From contig CANFPP010000008.1 in NCBI GenBank assembly GCA_947449005.1, positions 3,884 through 67,883 of the forward strand: DNA of 64,000 nt, written 5' to 3'. This stretch comes from Holosporales bacterium. Lineage in GTDB: Bacteria > Pseudomonadota > Alphaproteobacteria > Paracaedibacterales > CANFPP01. A program made the position numbers and the translations under genes. The notes under the pieces were generated by a model. That model saw only the letters and a program-made list of their open reading frames with translations. It was not told the origin of the DNA and ran no database searches. Below are positions 1 through 11,964 of the stretch, one piece after another (position 1 is the stretch's first letter; every line of letters begins with the position of its first letter).

Positions 1-2
1 GC

Positions 3-30
3 ACCAGGATGACAAATGGATGGGCAGGAT
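3..30. repeat. Partial CGTC-type REP palindrome cut by the window edge
   Basis: CCAGGATGACAAA matches the right arm of the REP at 3596-3622. Confidence 0.5.
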
Positions 31-80
31 CTAAAAAATGCTGAGTAGTTACTATTATTAAGAGCTGCCAGGATAAAATT

Positions 81-2489
81 TTGATTTCATCTATAAAAAC
101 CTTTGGTATTTTTTTTGTTACCTTCGTCTGGAGCGGATCATTTATTCTTCTCAGTTGGTTTGCAACTCACCCCCTACAATGGTTAAGTTTAGCGGGCATT
201 GGATTAGTTACAGTTGCTTGCTTGGCTTTTTGGGTGCAATCGGTGCGCGAGAATCAATTGGTTGTGCAAAGAGTAAAATTTCTTAATGCTTCGTTAGCGG
301 CCTTAGGAAGTTATGTAGAAATTGCTATTTTTGATGAAAATCAAAAAACTGTTTTTACAACCCACCCTCACATTTATCCACATCGCCACGAATTCTTGCG
401 TAAGGTTTTTTTGAAAGTTAAGCCATCTCCTGAGGCATCTTCCTTTTCACAGTGGGTAGAACAACGTCAATCTGGTGAAACGTTATTGTCGGGTGGAGAA
501 GATGGTCTGGGGCAGCAGCAACGTTGGTGGATTGCTAACGTAACGCCAATTGACTCTCTACTCGTTGCCGGGAGACAGTACACCCTTGTCACAATGATCG
601 AATCGACACTTTATTTTGAAAACTTTAATCAGCTCAAAAGCAATTATTCTAACTTAGAAGCTTTCCTGGATCGCGCTCCTTTTGGCTTATTTTATGCAAG
701 CCAAACCAAGCATTTCATTGGAGCTAACGCAACGCTAACTGAATGGCTTGGGATAGAAAGAGATCAAATCTTAGGTCATTCAATGGAACAATTTATTGAA
801 ATGCCAGAGGATGGTAAGAGCGTTGGTTTTGTTACGGTTCGCCCCCCTAAGCAACCTGAATTCAAAGCGCTATTATTTACACCTTCCTCTTCGAGTGCAA
901 AGAATCAAGCTTCAATAATTTGTCGTTTGACTCCTGAGCAAAGAGATGGGAAACAATGGTTAAATGATAGCTCTCTCAATGAAATGACTTTTTCAGAGGC
1001 TCCAATACCAGCGGCCATGGTTGATGTGAATGGGGTGATTTCTTGTTTTAATCCTGCCTTTTCTTCTATGATTAGTGAAGCGGTTTTGATGAACAAAAGA
1101 ACACTGTGTGTTGGTGATAGTTTGTATGACTTGGTTCAACCAGGTGTTCGTTCAGAAGTTGCAACAAAAGTTCGTCGAACCTTAGAAGCAAGCGCTCTTC
1201 CTGTACCTTTCGAAATTCATTTCGAAGGCGGAAAAATTCACACAACTGTCTACATGAGCTGTCTCCATCAACCATTCGGAGAGCATGAAAACACACAATT
1301 GATGATGCAGTTCATTGATATTTCTGAACAAAAACGGCTTGAGCAACAATTCATTCAGTCTCAAAAGATGCAAGCAGTTGGTCAATTGGCTGGCGGTATT
1401 GCGCACGATTTCAACAATCTTTTAACGGCGATTATTGGTTTTTGCGATCTGCTTTTACAGCGCTATATGCCGAGTGATCCGTCTTATATTGATGTTATAC
1501 AAATCAAGCAAAACTCAACACGTGCCGCCAATTTAGTACGTCAATTATTGGCTTTTTCTCGTCAACAAAACTTGCAGCCAAAAATTATTAACATCACAGA
1601 TTATATCGCTGAGCTTTCTGCTTTGCTGCGTCGTTTAATTGGAGCTGGAATTGATTTGCAGATGGATCATGGGCGAGATCTTTGGCCTGTTAAGGTTGAC
1701 GTGAGTCAGCTGGAGCAAGTCATTATCAATCTAGCAGTGAATGCTCGTGATGCGATGCATAGCGGCGGAGCGCTGATTATTCGCACTGGCAACTATGAGT
1801 GCAAACGTCAACAAAGAATCGGTCACGAATTAATGCCTGCTGGCGATTATGTTTTGATTGAGGTTACTGACACGGGGCACGGAATTTCCCAAGAAAATCT
1901 TGAGCGTATTTTCGAACCCTTCTTTTCAACGAAAGAAGTTGGATCTGGAACTGGCCTTGGTTTATCAACCGTTTATGGAATCGTTCAACAAACGGGTGGT
2001 TTTGTTCTCGTTGAAAGTGTCATAGACAAAGGAAGTACATTTAAGATATTCTTGCCTAGATACCAAGGTGAGGAGCAAATCTATGTTAACCAAGCTGAGC
2101 TTCCTTCTGGCGATCTTACGGGAGGTGGAACAATTCTTCTTGTTGAGGATGAAAGTGCTGTTCGTCTCTTTAGTTCAAGAGCCCTCAGAGAAAAAGGATA
2201 TACTGTCTTAGAAGCAGAAAGTGGTGAAGAAGCTTTGGAAATAATTCGTAGCGGCGAGAAATTTGACTTGCTTGTTACAGACGTTGTGATGCCAAAAATG
2301 GATGGCCCAACATTGAGTAAACATGTTCGAGATTTACTGCCAGATACTAAAACTATCTTTATTTCTGGATACACTGAAGACACGTTTCGCAAAAACTTAG
2401 GACACGATGCGCAGATTCACTTTTTGCCAAAACCTTTCACACTAAAGGACCTAGCATCAAAAGTTAAAGAAGTGCTAAATGTAACCTAA
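81..2489 (+). CDS. cckA: Hybrid sensor histidine kinase CckA (2 TM, PAS, HisKA, HATPase, REC)
   Basis: SQKMQAVGQLAGGIAHDFNNLL H-box, NLAVNARDAM, GTGLGLSTV, C-terminal receiver; directly upstream of recA as in other alphaproteobacteria. Confidence 0.92.
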   Translation: MISSIKTFGIFFVTFVWSGSFILLSWFATHPLQWLSLAGIGLVTVACLAFWVQSVRENQLVVQRVKFLNASLAALGSYVEIAIFDENQKTVFTTHPHIYPHRHEFLRKVFLKVKPSPEASSFSQWVEQRQSGETLLSGGEDGLGQQQRWWIANVTPIDSLLVAGRQYTLVTMIESTLYFENFNQLKSNYSNLEAFLDRAPFGLFYASQTKHFIGANATLTEWLGIERDQILGHSMEQFIEMPEDGKSVGFVTVRPPKQPEFKALLFTPSSSSAKNQASIICRLTPEQRDGKQWLNDSSLNEMTFSEAPIPAAMVDVNGVISCFNPAFSSMISEAVLMNKRTLCVGDSLYDLVQPGVRSEVATKVRRTLEASALPVPFEIHFEGGKIHTTVYMSCLHQPFGEHENTQLMMQFIDISEQKRLEQQFIQSQKMQAVGQLAGGIAHDFNNLLTAIIGFCDLLLQRYMPSDPSYIDVIQIKQNSTRAANLVRQLLAFSRQQNLQPKIINITDYIAELSALLRRLIGAGIDLQMDHGRDLWPVKVDVSQLEQVIINLAVNARDAMHSGGALIIRTGNYECKRQQRIGHELMPAGDYVLIEVTDTGHGISQENLERIFEPFFSTKEVGSGTGLGLSTVYGIVQQTGGFVLVESVIDKGSTFKIFLPRYQGEEQIYVNQAELPSGDLTGGGTILLVEDESAVRLFSSRALREKGYTVLEAESGEEALEIIRSGEKFDLLVTDVVMPKMDGPTLSKHVRDLLPDTKTIFISGYTEDTFRKNLGHDAQIHFLPKPFTLKDLASKVKEVLNVT

Positions 2490-2523
2490 AAGATAAATAC
2501 TTTAAAATATAAGGAAAAAGTAA

Positions 2524-3573
2524 ATGAGTACAAATGACCGCGGAGATAAAACTAAGGCTCTCGATATAGCGCTTGCGCAGATAGATCGTGCCTTTGGCAA
2601 GGGGTCAGTCATGCGTTTGGGCCAAAGAGAAAATGCAGTTGATGCAGATGTTGTTTCAACTGGATCTCTGGGGCTAGATATTGCACTTGGGATTGGCGGG
2701 CTTCCAAAGGGGCGCGTTATTGAAGTTTATGGCCCTGAATCTTCTGGTAAAACGACTCTGGCTCTGCACGTTGTGGCAGAAGCTCAAAAAACAGGTGGAA
2801 CGTGTGCATTCGTTGATGCTGAGCATGCTTTGGATCCTAGCTATGCAAAGAAACTTGGCGTTAATTTAGACGAGCTGTTGATTTCACAACCAGATACAGG
2901 TGAGCAAGCTTTAGAAATTGCTGACACATTGGTTCGAAGCGGTGCAATTGATGTTTTGGTAATAGACAGTGTGGCAGCGTTGGTACCAAAGGCTGAGTTA
3001 GAAGGCGATATGGGCGATTCTCATATGGGATTGCAAGCCAGACTTATGAGCCAAGCTTTGCGTAAATTAACAGGGTCAATTTCCAAAACCGGTTGTATGG
3101 TTATTTTCATTAACCAAATTCGTCAGAAAATTGGCGTTATGTTTGGCAATCCTGAAACGACAACGGGCGGAAATGCGTTAAAGTTCTATGCTTCAATTCG
3201 TCTTGATATTCGTCGTATTGGCGCAATTAAAGATAAAGACCAAGTTGTTGGAAACCAAACACGCGTTAAAGTCGTTAAAAATAAAATGGCTCCTCCTTTT
3301 AAGGTTGTTGAATTTGATATTATGTACGGTGAAGGCGTTTCTAAAACTGGAGAGCTTATTGATCTTGGCGTTAAAGCGAACGTTATCGACAAATCAGGAT
3401 CTTGGTATTCTTTTGGAACTCTGCGCATTGGTCAAGGCCGTGAAGCAACGAGAACTTACCTAAAAGAAAATCCAGAAACTGCTGATCAGATTGAGAAGCT
3501 CGTTCGAGATAATTCCGGTCTTGTTGCTGAAGCGATGATTGGCGGCGGCGGAGATTCAAGCGCGGCTGAGTAA
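2524..3573 (+). CDS. recA: Recombinase RecA
   Basis: [38 protein letters not shown]. Confidence 0.99.
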   Translation: MSTNDRGDKTKALDIALAQIDRAFGKGSVMRLGQRENAVDADVVSTGSLGLDIALGIGGLPKGRVIEVYGPESSGKTTLALHVVAEAQKTGGTCAFVDAEHALDPSYAKKLGVNLDELLISQPDTGEQALEIADTLVRSGAIDVLVIDSVAALVPKAELEGDMGDSHMGLQARLMSQALRKLTGSISKTGCMVIFINQIRQKIGVMFGNPETTTGGNALKFYASIRLDIRRIGAIKDKDQVVGNQTRVKVVKNKMAPPFKVVEFDIMYGEGVSKTGELIDLGVKANVIDKSGSWYSFGTLRIGQGREATRTYLKENPETADQIEKLVRDNSGLVAEAMIGGGGDSSAAE

Positions 3574-3595
3574 GAGATAACCTATGTTTCTTTGA

Positions 3596-3622
3596 GATCC
3601 TGGGGTTAAGCCCCAGGATGAC
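3596..3622. repeat. REP-like palindrome GATCCTGGGG-TTAA-GCCCCAGGATGAC
   Basis: Hairpin ending in ATGAC like the other REP copies; lies just after the recA stop. Confidence 0.7.
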
Positions 3623-3673
3623 AAAATAGGGAGAAAAATAATCACTGGTTAAATTTATTTTTAGGAAAGTTAA

Positions 3674-6259
3674 ATGCGCACCTTAACAGATATTCGTGGC
3701 ACTTTTATTCAATATTTCAGTGATCAAGATCATCAGGTTGTAAGTTCAAGCCCGTTGGTCCCTCAAAATGATCCAACCTTGCTTTTTACGAATGCAGGAA
3801 TGGTTCAGTTTAAGGATGTCTTTACGGGGCTTGAAAAAAGACCTTATCAACGAGCCGTTACATCGCAAAAATGTTTGAGAGCTGGCGGTAAACACAACGA
3901 TCTTGATAACGTTGGGTATACGGCGCGCCATCATACTTTTTTTGAGATGTTGGGTAACTTTTCATTTGGTGATTATTTTAAAGAGCAAGCAATTTTTAAT
4001 GCCTGGACTTTGATTACTAAAGATTTTGGACTTCCTAAAGATAAACTGCTGGTTACCGTTTATGCAGACGATAATGAAGCTGCAAAATTGTGGGCTAAGA
4101 TTGCTGGATTACCTGAAGACAGAATTATCAGAATTGCGACCTCGGATAATTTTTGGTCGATGGGTGACACGGGCCCTTGTGGTCCTTGTTCTGAAATCTT
4201 TTATGATCATGGCGAGGGAATTGCCGGTGGTCCTCCAGGTTCGCCTGAACAGGATGGCGATCGCTTTATTGAGATCTGGAATCTGGTCTTTATGCAATTT
4301 GAACAGATGGCTGATGGTCGCCGTATTGAATTGCCAAATCCTTCAATTGATACAGGTATGGGGCTGGAGAGAATTGCAGCGGTGCTGCAAGGCGAGCACA
4401 ACAATTATAACGTTGATCTTTTTAAGACATTGATCGCTAATTCTGTTGAATTGACAGGGGCTGGCGCCTCGAACCAACGTCAATCGCACAACGTTATTGC
4501 AGACCATTTACGAGCGTGCTCATTTTTAATTGCTGATGGTGTGCTTCCGTCAAATGAGGGAAGAGGGTATGTCTTAAGACGGATCATGCGTCGTGCTATG
4601 CGTCATGCTCATATTCTTGGAGCGAAAGAGCCGCTGATGTGGCGCTTGGTTGCAACGTTGAGCCAATTGATGGGGCAGGCCTATCCTGAGCTTATTCGAG
4701 CACAGCCTCTTATTGAGCAAACTTTGAAAACAGAAGAAGAAAAATTCCGTCAAACGCTTGATCGTGGATTGAAGCTTTTGAACGAGCAGATATCTACGCT
4801 GCCAGCGGCCAAAGGTTTGCCTGGTGATGTTGCGTTTAAACTTTATGATACGTATGGATTCCCGTTAGATTTAACTCAAGATGTTTTGAGGGAATCCGGG
4901 CGAGTTGTCGATACTGATGGATTCAATGCGGCGATGGAAGTGCAGCGCGCTGCAGCAAGATCTGCCTGGTCAGGCTCAGGAGAGGCAGCGAATGAACAGG
5001 TTTGGTTTGATATTAAAGATAAAGAGGGAAGCACAGAATTTTTAGGGTACCAGACGACAACTGCTGAGGCTGTGATTGTTGAGCTAGTTGATGCTCAAAA
5101 TGCAATTATCACAGAAGCTAACGTTGGTGATAAAGTTCAGATCTTAACGAATCAGACACCTTTCTATGCTGAATCTGGCGGACAGATGGGAGACAGTGGT
5201 CTTTTATTCAGCTCTAATGGAGCAAAAGCTCGCATTACGGACACGGCAAAAAAACTTGGTGCGCTTCATGTTCATGGCGCTGAAGTTCTAGAAGGAGTGA
5301 TACATCAAGGAGATGCAGTTAAGTTATGTGTTGATAAAAATCGCCGTTTACGGATTGCGGCAAATCATTCAGCAACTCACCTTTTGCATGCGGCTTTGCG
5401 GCAGTGTTTAGGAGAGCATGTAACTCAAAAAGGGTCTTTGGTCTCCTCTGATCGCCTCCGGTTTGACTTTACGCACGGAAAAGCTTTAGCGCCAAATGAG
5501 CTTGAGATGATTGAGCGTCTAATCAATCAGCAAATTCAAAATAATAACTTTGTACAGACTCAAGTCATGCCGCCTGAGCAGGCCGTAGGGGCGCTTGCTT
5601 TATTTGGTGAGCGTTATGGTGATGAGGTTCGAGTTGTGAGCATGGGGACCGATGAAAAGGCTTTCTCCAAAGAGCTGTGCGGAGGGACTCACGTTAATCG
5701 TACAGGCGACATTGGATTTCTCAAAATTATTGGGGAGAGCAGTATTGCGTCTGGCGTGCGCCGAATCGAGGCTATAACGGGAGTAGCTGTTTTAGAGTAT
5801 ATTTATCAACTCGAATCAGCGATGGATTTAGAACGCGCAGCTGCTAAGAAGCAAATCCTTGATCTTAATAAACAGGTTAACGACATTCGCAAAAAAGCAA
5901 TGTCTGGCAGTGATGATTTTAACATAGAAAAAGCAGGTGAATATTCTATCGTCTTTAAGAATTTTCAAGATGTTGCCCCTAAAGATCTGAAGCCTTTGGT
6001 GGATCAATTTAAGGAAAAACTTGGCTCTGGCATTATTGTCTTAACCAGCGCAATGGAAGAAAAAATCTCTATAGTTGTTGGGGTTACTAAGGATCTTGAG
6101 CAGAAGATTAGTGCTGTTGATTTGGTTCAAATTGGCGCTGAAATTTTGGGCGGAAAAGGCGGAGGTGGCAGACCAGATTTAGCCCAGGCTGGCGGTGTTA
6201 TCCCTCAAAACGTCGATAAACTTAACGCAGCATTTACTGGTTATTTAAAAGACATTTAG
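3674..6259 (+). CDS. alaS: Alanine--tRNA ligase
   Basis: [28 protein letters not shown], editing HSATH...ELCGGTH, C-terminal [14 protein letters not shown]. Confidence 0.99.
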   Translation: MRTLTDIRGTFIQYFSDQDHQVVSSSPLVPQNDPTLLFTNAGMVQFKDVFTGLEKRPYQRAVTSQKCLRAGGKHNDLDNVGYTARHHTFFEMLGNFSFGDYFKEQAIFNAWTLITKDFGLPKDKLLVTVYADDNEAAKLWAKIAGLPEDRIIRIATSDNFWSMGDTGPCGPCSEIFYDHGEGIAGGPPGSPEQDGDRFIEIWNLVFMQFEQMADGRRIELPNPSIDTGMGLERIAAVLQGEHNNYNVDLFKTLIANSVELTGAGASNQRQSHNVIADHLRACSFLIADGVLPSNEGRGYVLRRIMRRAMRHAHILGAKEPLMWRLVATLSQLMGQAYPELIRAQPLIEQTLKTEEEKFRQTLDRGLKLLNEQISTLPAAKGLPGDVAFKLYDTYGFPLDLTQDVLRESGRVVDTDGFNAAMEVQRAAARSAWSGSGEAANEQVWFDIKDKEGSTEFLGYQTTTAEAVIVELVDAQNAIITEANVGDKVQILTNQTPFYAESGGQMGDSGLLFSSNGAKARITDTAKKLGALHVHGAEVLEGVIHQGDAVKLCVDKNRRLRIAANHSATHLLHAALRQCLGEHVTQKGSLVSSDRLRFDFTHGKALAPNELEMIERLINQQIQNNNFVQTQVMPPEQAVGALALFGERYGDEVRVVSMGTDEKAFSKELCGGTHVNRTGDIGFLKIIGESSIASGVRRIEAITGVAVLEYIYQLESAMDLERAAAKKQILDLNKQVNDIRKKAMSGSDDFNIEKAGEYSIVFKNFQDVAPKDLKPLVDQFKEKLGSGIIVLTSAMEEKISIVVGVTKDLEQKISAVDLVQIGAEILGGKGGGGRPDLAQAGGVIPQNVDKLNAAFTGYLKDI

Positions 6260-6329
6260 AAAACAGAAAAACACTTGGTTTATCAAGAGTTAACTCTTAT
6301 GTAGTACATTAAGTATTTGATGTTTTATC

Positions 6330-7817
6330 TTGGAGATTACTGTGGGCAGTATCTTTTCTTTTTTCTTTCGTATAGCAATTGCGCTTTTTATTACACTTTC
6401 AGTTACGTTCGCTAGCGATTTAAGAAGTTTGTGGAAAGCTGGATTTTACAAAAGTCACGAGCAACTTGCTGAGGTTTTTAGAAAAGGTGAGCTTACTAAA
6501 GATGCAATATACAGCCTGCATGATAGTAGCGGCAATAATTTAGCGCACAAGATTTTTTACTATCTTAAACAAGCTACCAAAAAAAATCTCAATGATCCCC
6601 GGAGAATCATAGGTAATTATTTGTATGCTATAGAAAAACTACACGAATTATGCGGTGATGGTGTTTTTGAGATCAAAAATGATGAAGGAAAAACTCCTTT
6701 TGCTGCCTCTCCAATAGTATTTAGCAAAGTGTTCGTGGACGCTGGTTTCCTACCCCATCCTAATCTGGTGCATTTACTAATAAGAAATTATGAAGTTTTG
6801 CTAAATACAGATCCCGATTTTTTTCTAATGCCATTTCCAAACAATGTGACCCCTTTAATGGAGTTGGCGTTAAACAATCCAGAGATATATCCGGATGTAG
6901 AAAGAAAATTAACAACATTAGGAAAATCCGTTGATCAAATAGATCGCTGGGGATATACAGCAAAAAAATGGATAGGAAAAAAAGATTTGGGAGCTAATTA
7001 TCTTTTTGCCCTGGACAATTTGAATCATGATCTAAGTTCTGAACCTTTAGATATTAGCTTTTGGGACAAGGTAGAAAGAGAGTCTACCTATGACTTTACA
7101 GATCATCATAATAATAGATATTTTTTTGATGAACTTGCGTTCAATGAAGTCTTGCTGAATCAAGATCGAACGGGTCTTAAAGAAAGCTTCTTGCAACGCA
7201 ATATTACAACACGACAAAATGAAGCCAACCAATTATGGGAAGCTTTTTTCAAAGTTCATGATGACTTAGTGGTGAAGCGTATATCGCGAGTTCATGGCGG
7301 TGATAATGGGTATATAGACAGAATCAAAGGAACTCCTAATGCGATTCGAGTTTTAGGACGCATAAACTCGATTGAAGATTATTTATGTTATCCTGAGGGA
7401 AGAGAAACGGCACAAATTATTAGATCAAAAATTTTATCAACTGGCGGTACGTTTGGCATCAATTTCAAACGCACAGCGACGTCTAATGAAGCTAAAATCA
7501 TGAAAGATAGTGTTGAATCTTTTGTACGCAATGTCGAATCAAATATATGGCTTGATATTGCACAAGAAATTATGAATGCTTTTTTTGTTGCATACTCATT
7601 GCCATTAGAAAAAACACAGCAAGATGCTTTGAATAGTCATCAAGTGAATTGTGTTATTCTTGGTCTTTATTCTGTGTTTAATATCCATCAACGATACTCC
7701 CCAGAAGATCCCTTTTCAGAGATTGATAGATTAGTAGCTGCAAAGAAGGGATGCTCTGCGTCAGCCATAAGATCAAAAGATCGATATGATGGAATCGCTG
7801 AGCACATTGACTCATAA
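6330..7817 (+). CDS. Hypothetical secreted protein with degenerate ankyrin-like repeats (start may be GTG 6342)
   Basis: Signal-like N-terminus (ITLSVTFA-SD); DSSGNNLAH, NDEGKTPF, NNVTPLMELA, DRWGYTA resemble ankyrin G-x-T-P-L-H turns. Confidence 0.55.
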   Translation: MEITVGSIFSFFFRIAIALFITLSVTFASDLRSLWKAGFYKSHEQLAEVFRKGELTKDAIYSLHDSSGNNLAHKIFYYLKQATKKNLNDPRRIIGNYLYAIEKLHELCGDGVFEIKNDEGKTPFAASPIVFSKVFVDAGFLPHPNLVHLLIRNYEVLLNTDPDFFLMPFPNNVTPLMELALNNPEIYPDVERKLTTLGKSVDQIDRWGYTAKKWIGKKDLGANYLFALDNLNHDLSSEPLDISFWDKVERESTYDFTDHHNNRYFFDELAFNEVLLNQDRTGLKESFLQRNITTRQNEANQLWEAFFKVHDDLVVKRISRVHGGDNGYIDRIKGTPNAIRVLGRINSIEDYLCYPEGRETAQIIRSKILSTGGTFGINFKRTATSNEAKIMKDSVESFVRNVESNIWLDIAQEIMNAFFVAYSLPLEKTQQDALNSHQVNCVILGLYSVFNIHQRYSPEDPFSEIDRLVAAKKGCSASAIRSKDRYDGIAEHIDS

Positions 7818-7836
7818 CAGTGATATTTATGAAAAA

Positions 7837-7913
<77 letters not shown>

Positions 7914-8183
7914 AACGAAAGGTGAAAGTGCAAACATATGAATGTGTACACAAGGTAAACGTTTAGCTGAATCTGGTGGTGTCTGTCAAGAACACATCTT
8001 AAAGAACTTAGAATAAATTACTAAAGTTGCTATTTTTCTTACAATGTGATTAAAATTAGAGCGAGATTGTGAAAATAACATGATGGGTGTCAATAAACGG
8101 TTTGACAATCGCTCCGTTATATGGCACTTCATTAATACTTAATTTATTATAGTTTGATATTTCTATTAGAATAGGCTTAGTTT

Positions 8184-8798
8184 ATGACAAAGCGAGTTAC
8201 TGCAAAACACAAGATTGATCGCCGTTTAGGTGTGAACCTTTGGGGCCGTGCAAAGAGCCCTTTTAATATCCGTAATTATGGACCTGGTCAGCATGGCCAA
8301 GGACGCTCCAAGCCTTCTGACTATGGTGTTCAGCTTCGTGCTAAACAAAAGCTAAAAGGTTATTATGGCAATATCAGCGAACGTCAGTTCCGCCGTATTT
8401 ACCAAGAGGCTGTCCGTCGTCGTGGAGATACGTCTGAGAATATGGTAGAGTTGCTAGAGCGTCGTTTGGATGCAGTTATTTACCGTATGAAATTTGTTTC
8501 GACGGTTTTTGCTGCGCGTCAGTTTGTTAACCACGGACACGTTAAAGTTAATGGCCAACGTGTAAACATTCCTTCATACAAGCTTAGCGATGGCGATGAA
8601 ATCACTGTTGCATCAGGCATGAAAGAAAACGTAAACGTGATTTTGGCAATACAGTCTAGCGAACGCGATGTTCCAGACTATATTGAAGTTGATCATGGTA
8701 AGATGGAAGGCAAGTTCATTCGTGGACCTAAGCTTTCAGACATTCCTTACCCAGTTCAGATGGAACCAAACCTCGTAATCGAGTTTTACTCGCGTTAG
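8184..8798 (+). CDS. rpsD: 30S ribosomal protein S4
   Basis: [45 protein letters not shown]. Confidence 0.99.
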   Translation: MTKRVTAKHKIDRRLGVNLWGRAKSPFNIRNYGPGQHGQGRSKPSDYGVQLRAKQKLKGYYGNISERQFRRIYQEAVRRRGDTSENMVELLERRLDAVIYRMKFVSTVFAARQFVNHGHVKVNGQRVNIPSYKLSDGDEITVASGMKENVNVILAIQSSERDVPDYIEVDHGKMEGKFIRGPKLSDIPYPVQMEPNLVIEFYSR

Positions 8799-8822
8799 TT
8801 TCTTCAAGAACTTTCTAGATTT

Positions 8823-8856
8823 AAGCCCCTTAATTTTATTATTAAGGGGTTTTTTG
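8823..8856 (+). terminator. Intrinsic terminator after rpsD
   Basis: AAGCCCCTTAAT...ATTAAGGGGTT stem followed by a T tract. Confidence 0.8.
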
Positions 8857-8911
8857 TTTTTGATGAGGAAAATACAAGACTATTACTTTAATCAAGAAAG
8901 AAAAGCAGCCT

Positions 8912-9040
8912 GGATCCCTGTCTTCGCGAGGATGACGAGGTGGAGAAAATGGAGATGAGGCGGAAAGAGTAGCGATGCAGCAGAGAATAGCAAAGATGAT
9001 AAGCTCCCTTCCATTGTCATTCCCGCGTAGGCGGGAATCC
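8912..9040. repeat. Two CGTC-type REP palindromes (8912-8936 and 9016-9040) in opposite orientation
   Basis: GGATCCCTGTCTTCGCGAGGATGAC and GTCATTCCCGCGTAGGCGGGAATCC. Confidence 0.8.
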
Positions 9041-9077
9041 ATGTTTATAACATTATGAAAAAACGTAATTGAATGAC

Positions 9078-9242
9078 TATACCTGTCATGAATGAAGATA
9101 CCTGTTTTTAAGTTGATCTTTCGATCATTAATTATCGCTTTTAAAATCTTAGGTAGAATGAGCTATCTGCGATTTTAAAAACTCTATTTCTGCTCAAAAT
9201 TTCTGCCTTAAATTCCAGGCATCTTCATTCATAACAGGTATA
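9078..9242. mobile_element. ~165-bp MITE-like palindromic element, copy 1
   Basis: 22-bp terminal inverted repeats TATACCTGTCATGAATGAAGAT / ATCTTCATTCATAACAGGTATA; near-identical copy at 24905-25069. Confidence 0.85.
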
Positions 9243-9260
9243 AATAAAGGGACACATAAA

Positions 9261-9953
9261 TTGTTGGATGCAAAATATAAAGGTCTTTTGATAGACTTAG
9301 ATGATACTTTGTTAGATTTTACGAAATCTGAATCTTTGAGTCTAATCGCAACTCACAGACAATTTTATCAAGAGATAATTTCGGAAGCGGATTTTTTGAG
9401 CACCTTTCACGCGATTAATGGCCGGCTCTGGCAAGAACTAGAAATTGGAAAAGTAACTCCTCAAGATGTTTGTTCGCAGAGATTTGCATTGCTTAACAAG
9501 TCAGCTGGATCATCAATTGCTTCTCAAGATGTTGTCGCATTTTATGCAGATCAACTTATCAAAAATTCATTCTGGTTACCGGGAGCAGAAGATGCCATTA
9601 AAATCTTAAAAGAGAGATTTCAGATTTGCGTTGTGACAAATGGATTTTCTAATGTTCAAAGAGGAAAGCATAAGCTTTATAATATGGAAGACTGGGCAGA
9701 ATCCTTTATCGTTTCTGAGGAGGTTGGCGTCTCGAAGCCACATAAAGACATTTTTGATATTGCCCTAAAATCTTGTGGTTTATTGTCTCACCAAGCGCTT
9801 ATGATCGGGAATTCTTTAACCAGTGACTATCAGGGAGCAATCAATGCTGGTCTTGATTTTTGCTGGGTAAAGATTCCAGATATTGATCTTCCGAAAAGCA
9901 TGCCATCTCCAGAATATTCAGTGATGTCAATTGCAGAGCTTAACCTTATCTAA
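9261..9953 (+). CDS. YjjG-family HAD pyrimidine nucleotidase
   Basis: IDLDDTLLDF, VTNGF, VSEEVGVSKP, MIGNSLTSD. Confidence 0.85.
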   Translation: MLDAKYKGLLIDLDDTLLDFTKSESLSLIATHRQFYQEIISEADFLSTFHAINGRLWQELEIGKVTPQDVCSQRFALLNKSAGSSIASQDVVAFYADQLIKNSFWLPGAEDAIKILKERFQICVVTNGFSNVQRGKHKLYNMEDWAESFIVSEEVGVSKPHKDIFDIALKSCGLLSHQALMIGNSLTSDYQGAINAGLDFCWVKIPDIDLPKSMPSPEYSVMSIAELNLI

Positions 9954-11075
9954 AAGCTCAATGATAATCAGGGACATCCCACCAAAGAGTAGTGTTAAAA
10001 CAAGGCCTTTATTTAAGAAGAATGACTTTTTCTTTTCCCGAAATGCGATACAACTTGGCAAAACAATTGCCAGAACACTGAGGAAGATAGCGGCAAAGCC
10101 TAGAACAAAAATAAATCCTTTTGGATAAAAAAGTGCGAATACTAAGGGAAAGCTAAAGGTTAAAAAAGCTGCTTGGAGACGTGTCTTAAAACTCTCTTTT
10201 TCGCGAAACCACTCAGATATATAATCAAAAAGCCCTAAAGCAACGCCCAAGAACGATGTGGCTATTCCTAAGAAAGTAAAAGCATTAATTAATATATTCA
10301 AGAATGGGTGTTGTGTAATTTCTGTTAATTTTCCGATAAAAAGACCTACATCCTCGCTGCCTGTTAGTTGAGAGCCTAAAGACCCAATGGTGATGCCTAG
10401 CCAGCAGATATAAACAATTAGCGGGATAAAACTTCCTGCTATAAGGCTAATGTAAATACTTCTTTTGTCCCCATCAAGGTAGGAGATAAGACTTGGAATG
10501 CTGCCGTGAAACCCAAAAGATGTAAAGAAAATTGGAATCGCTGCGTACCAAGGCAAGAAAGATACACTCTCAGAGCAGATAAAATTTTCTGCCCTAATAA
10601 ACGGATAAAGCCCGGCCACCATAATTAGAAAAACAACAATTTTTATAATAAATAAAAAGCGATTTGCGTAGTCTACGGCCTGTGTGCAGGCTAGAACAAA
10701 AATTCCAAGCGCAAGCGTAAAAAGAATGGATAGCATAGGTAGAGGAAAGTTGACTTCCTGATGCAAAATGGAACTGCCGCCCGCAATATAAGCTGAAAGA
10801 AGCGCCCAAAACAAACCAAGAAGACTAAGAGCGGCAACACGTTTTCCCCAAATACCGAGCTTTTCTTCGGCAATGGCTGCGATACTTCTACCTTGGCCTT
10901 GGCTAATTTCAACCATAACGCCGGCTGAAAACAACATATAAATCCACATACCAATTAAAAGACTAGTACCTTTCCAAAAGCCTAAGCTGGCTGATGTCAT
11001 CGGTAGTGCGAGCATTCCAGCGCCGATAGTGGTACCAGAGATCAAAAAAGTTGCCCCTAGAATACGATTCTTCAT
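9927..11075 (-). CDS. tyrP: Aromatic amino acid (Tyr/Trp) permease, HAAAP family
   Basis: GTTIGAGMLALP, TSFGFHGSIPS, TSFLGVALGLFD; about 11 TM segments. Confidence 0.85.
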   Translation of the reverse strand: MKNRILGATFLISGTTIGAGMLALPMTSASLGFWKGTSLLIGMWIYMLFSAGVMVEISQGQGRSIAAIAEEKLGIWGKRVAALSLLGLFWALLSAYIAGGSSILHQEVNFPLPMLSILFTLALGIFVLACTQAVDYANRFLFIIKIVVFLIMVAGLYPFIRAENFICSESVSFLPWYAAIPIFFTSFGFHGSIPSLISYLDGDKRSIYISLIAGSFIPLIVYICWLGITIGSLGSQLTGSEDVGLFIGKLTEITQHPFLNILINAFTFLGIATSFLGVALGLFDYISEWFREKESFKTRLQAAFLTFSFPLVFALFYPKGFIFVLGFAAIFLSVLAIVLPSCIAFREKKKSFFLNKGLVLTLLFGGMSLIIIELLDKVKLCN

Positions 11076-11239
11076 GGTATAGCCTTCATTCTATATTTAG
11101 ATAAGGGAGTATGGCTAAAATCCCAGACAAAAAGAATAGTTTTTATTCCATAATCATGATAATTTTTTAAAATAGAAAAGATACGATCTATGCTCTTTTA
11201 GACTCTGAGGTGAAGCACCGGGATCGTACTTCCTCTCGG

Positions 11240-11335
11240 CGTCATCTCCGCGAAGGCGGAGATCCATAAAAACACTAATAAAACAGTGATATATGAACTT
11301 AAACAGCCTGGATTCCCGCTTACACGGGAATGACG
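11240..11335. repeat. Inverted REP doublet (REPIN-like)
   Basis: CGTCATCTCCGCGAAGGCGGAGATCC ... GGATTCCCGCTTACACGGGAATGACG. Confidence 0.8.
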
Positions 11336-11410
11336 GCGGAGTGACGGGTGGGTAGGAGAGAGTGATATGACGATGAAAAAAACATAATTGATAGTGGTGA
11401 ATAGGATAGC

Positions 11411-11755
11411 ATGATTGATCCAATAATTCTTTTATACACATGGTTTCGAGGTGAATTAGTTGGGACTGATGAGTATGAAAACCGTTATTTCGAAGAAAGA
11501 AAAGCACGAAAAAATTGCAAAAAGCGTCGTTGGGTTTTGTACAATGGAACGCCTGAAGCTTCAAAAGTTCCAGCAATTTGGCATGCTTGGTTGCATTATA
11601 CGGTTGAGAAGTTACAACCTGCTAAAAAGAACTATGGTTGGGAAAAGCCTCACTTACCAAATTTGACGGGAACAGCGCTTGCGTATAAACCGCAAGGGCT
11701 AATTGATGGTGGTAAAATTCATTCAAAAGACTATCAATCTTGGGATCCTAATTAA
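11411..11755 (+). CDS. NADH:ubiquinone oxidoreductase accessory subunit, NDUFA12 family
   Basis: GELVGTDEYENRYF, RRWV.Y, EASKVPAIWHAWLH, WEKPHLPNLTGT. Confidence 0.9.
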   Translation: MIDPIILLYTWFRGELVGTDEYENRYFEERKARKNCKKRRWVLYNGTPEASKVPAIWHAWLHYTVEKLQPAKKNYGWEKPHLPNLTGTALAYKPQGLIDGGKIHSKDYQSWDPN

Positions 11756-11789
11756 CGTCAGTTCGGGATTAGATTCTTACCCAACCAGC

Positions 11790-11872
11790 CGTCATCACGA
11801 GTAAGCGACGCTTCAGTGTAATCCACAGGCTATTTTCAGGATGGCCACGCACCTGCGGTGCTTGCCATGACG
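11790..11872. repeat. Inverted REP doublet, second subtype
   Basis: Right arm GGATGGCCACGCACCTGCGGTGCTTGCCATGACG differs by 1 nt from 21804-21837. Confidence 0.75.
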
Positions 11873-11964
11873 GTGGTGAGAACGATATGACAACAGAAAG
11901 AGCCTAATGATGACGATGCTGAGGAATGATAATGGCGAATAGAGCATATATGATGTCAGGGAAC

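Noticed and set aside
2490-2523. Alphaproteobacterial LexA box (GTTC-N7-GTTC) before recA
   Set aside because: Not present in the intergenic sequence
8842-9042. ORFs starting or containing MDSRLRGND / MDLRLRGDD (also 11154-11576, 11813-12304, 21465-21728)
   Set aside because: These are translations of REP palindromes or antisense to real genes, not supported as proteins
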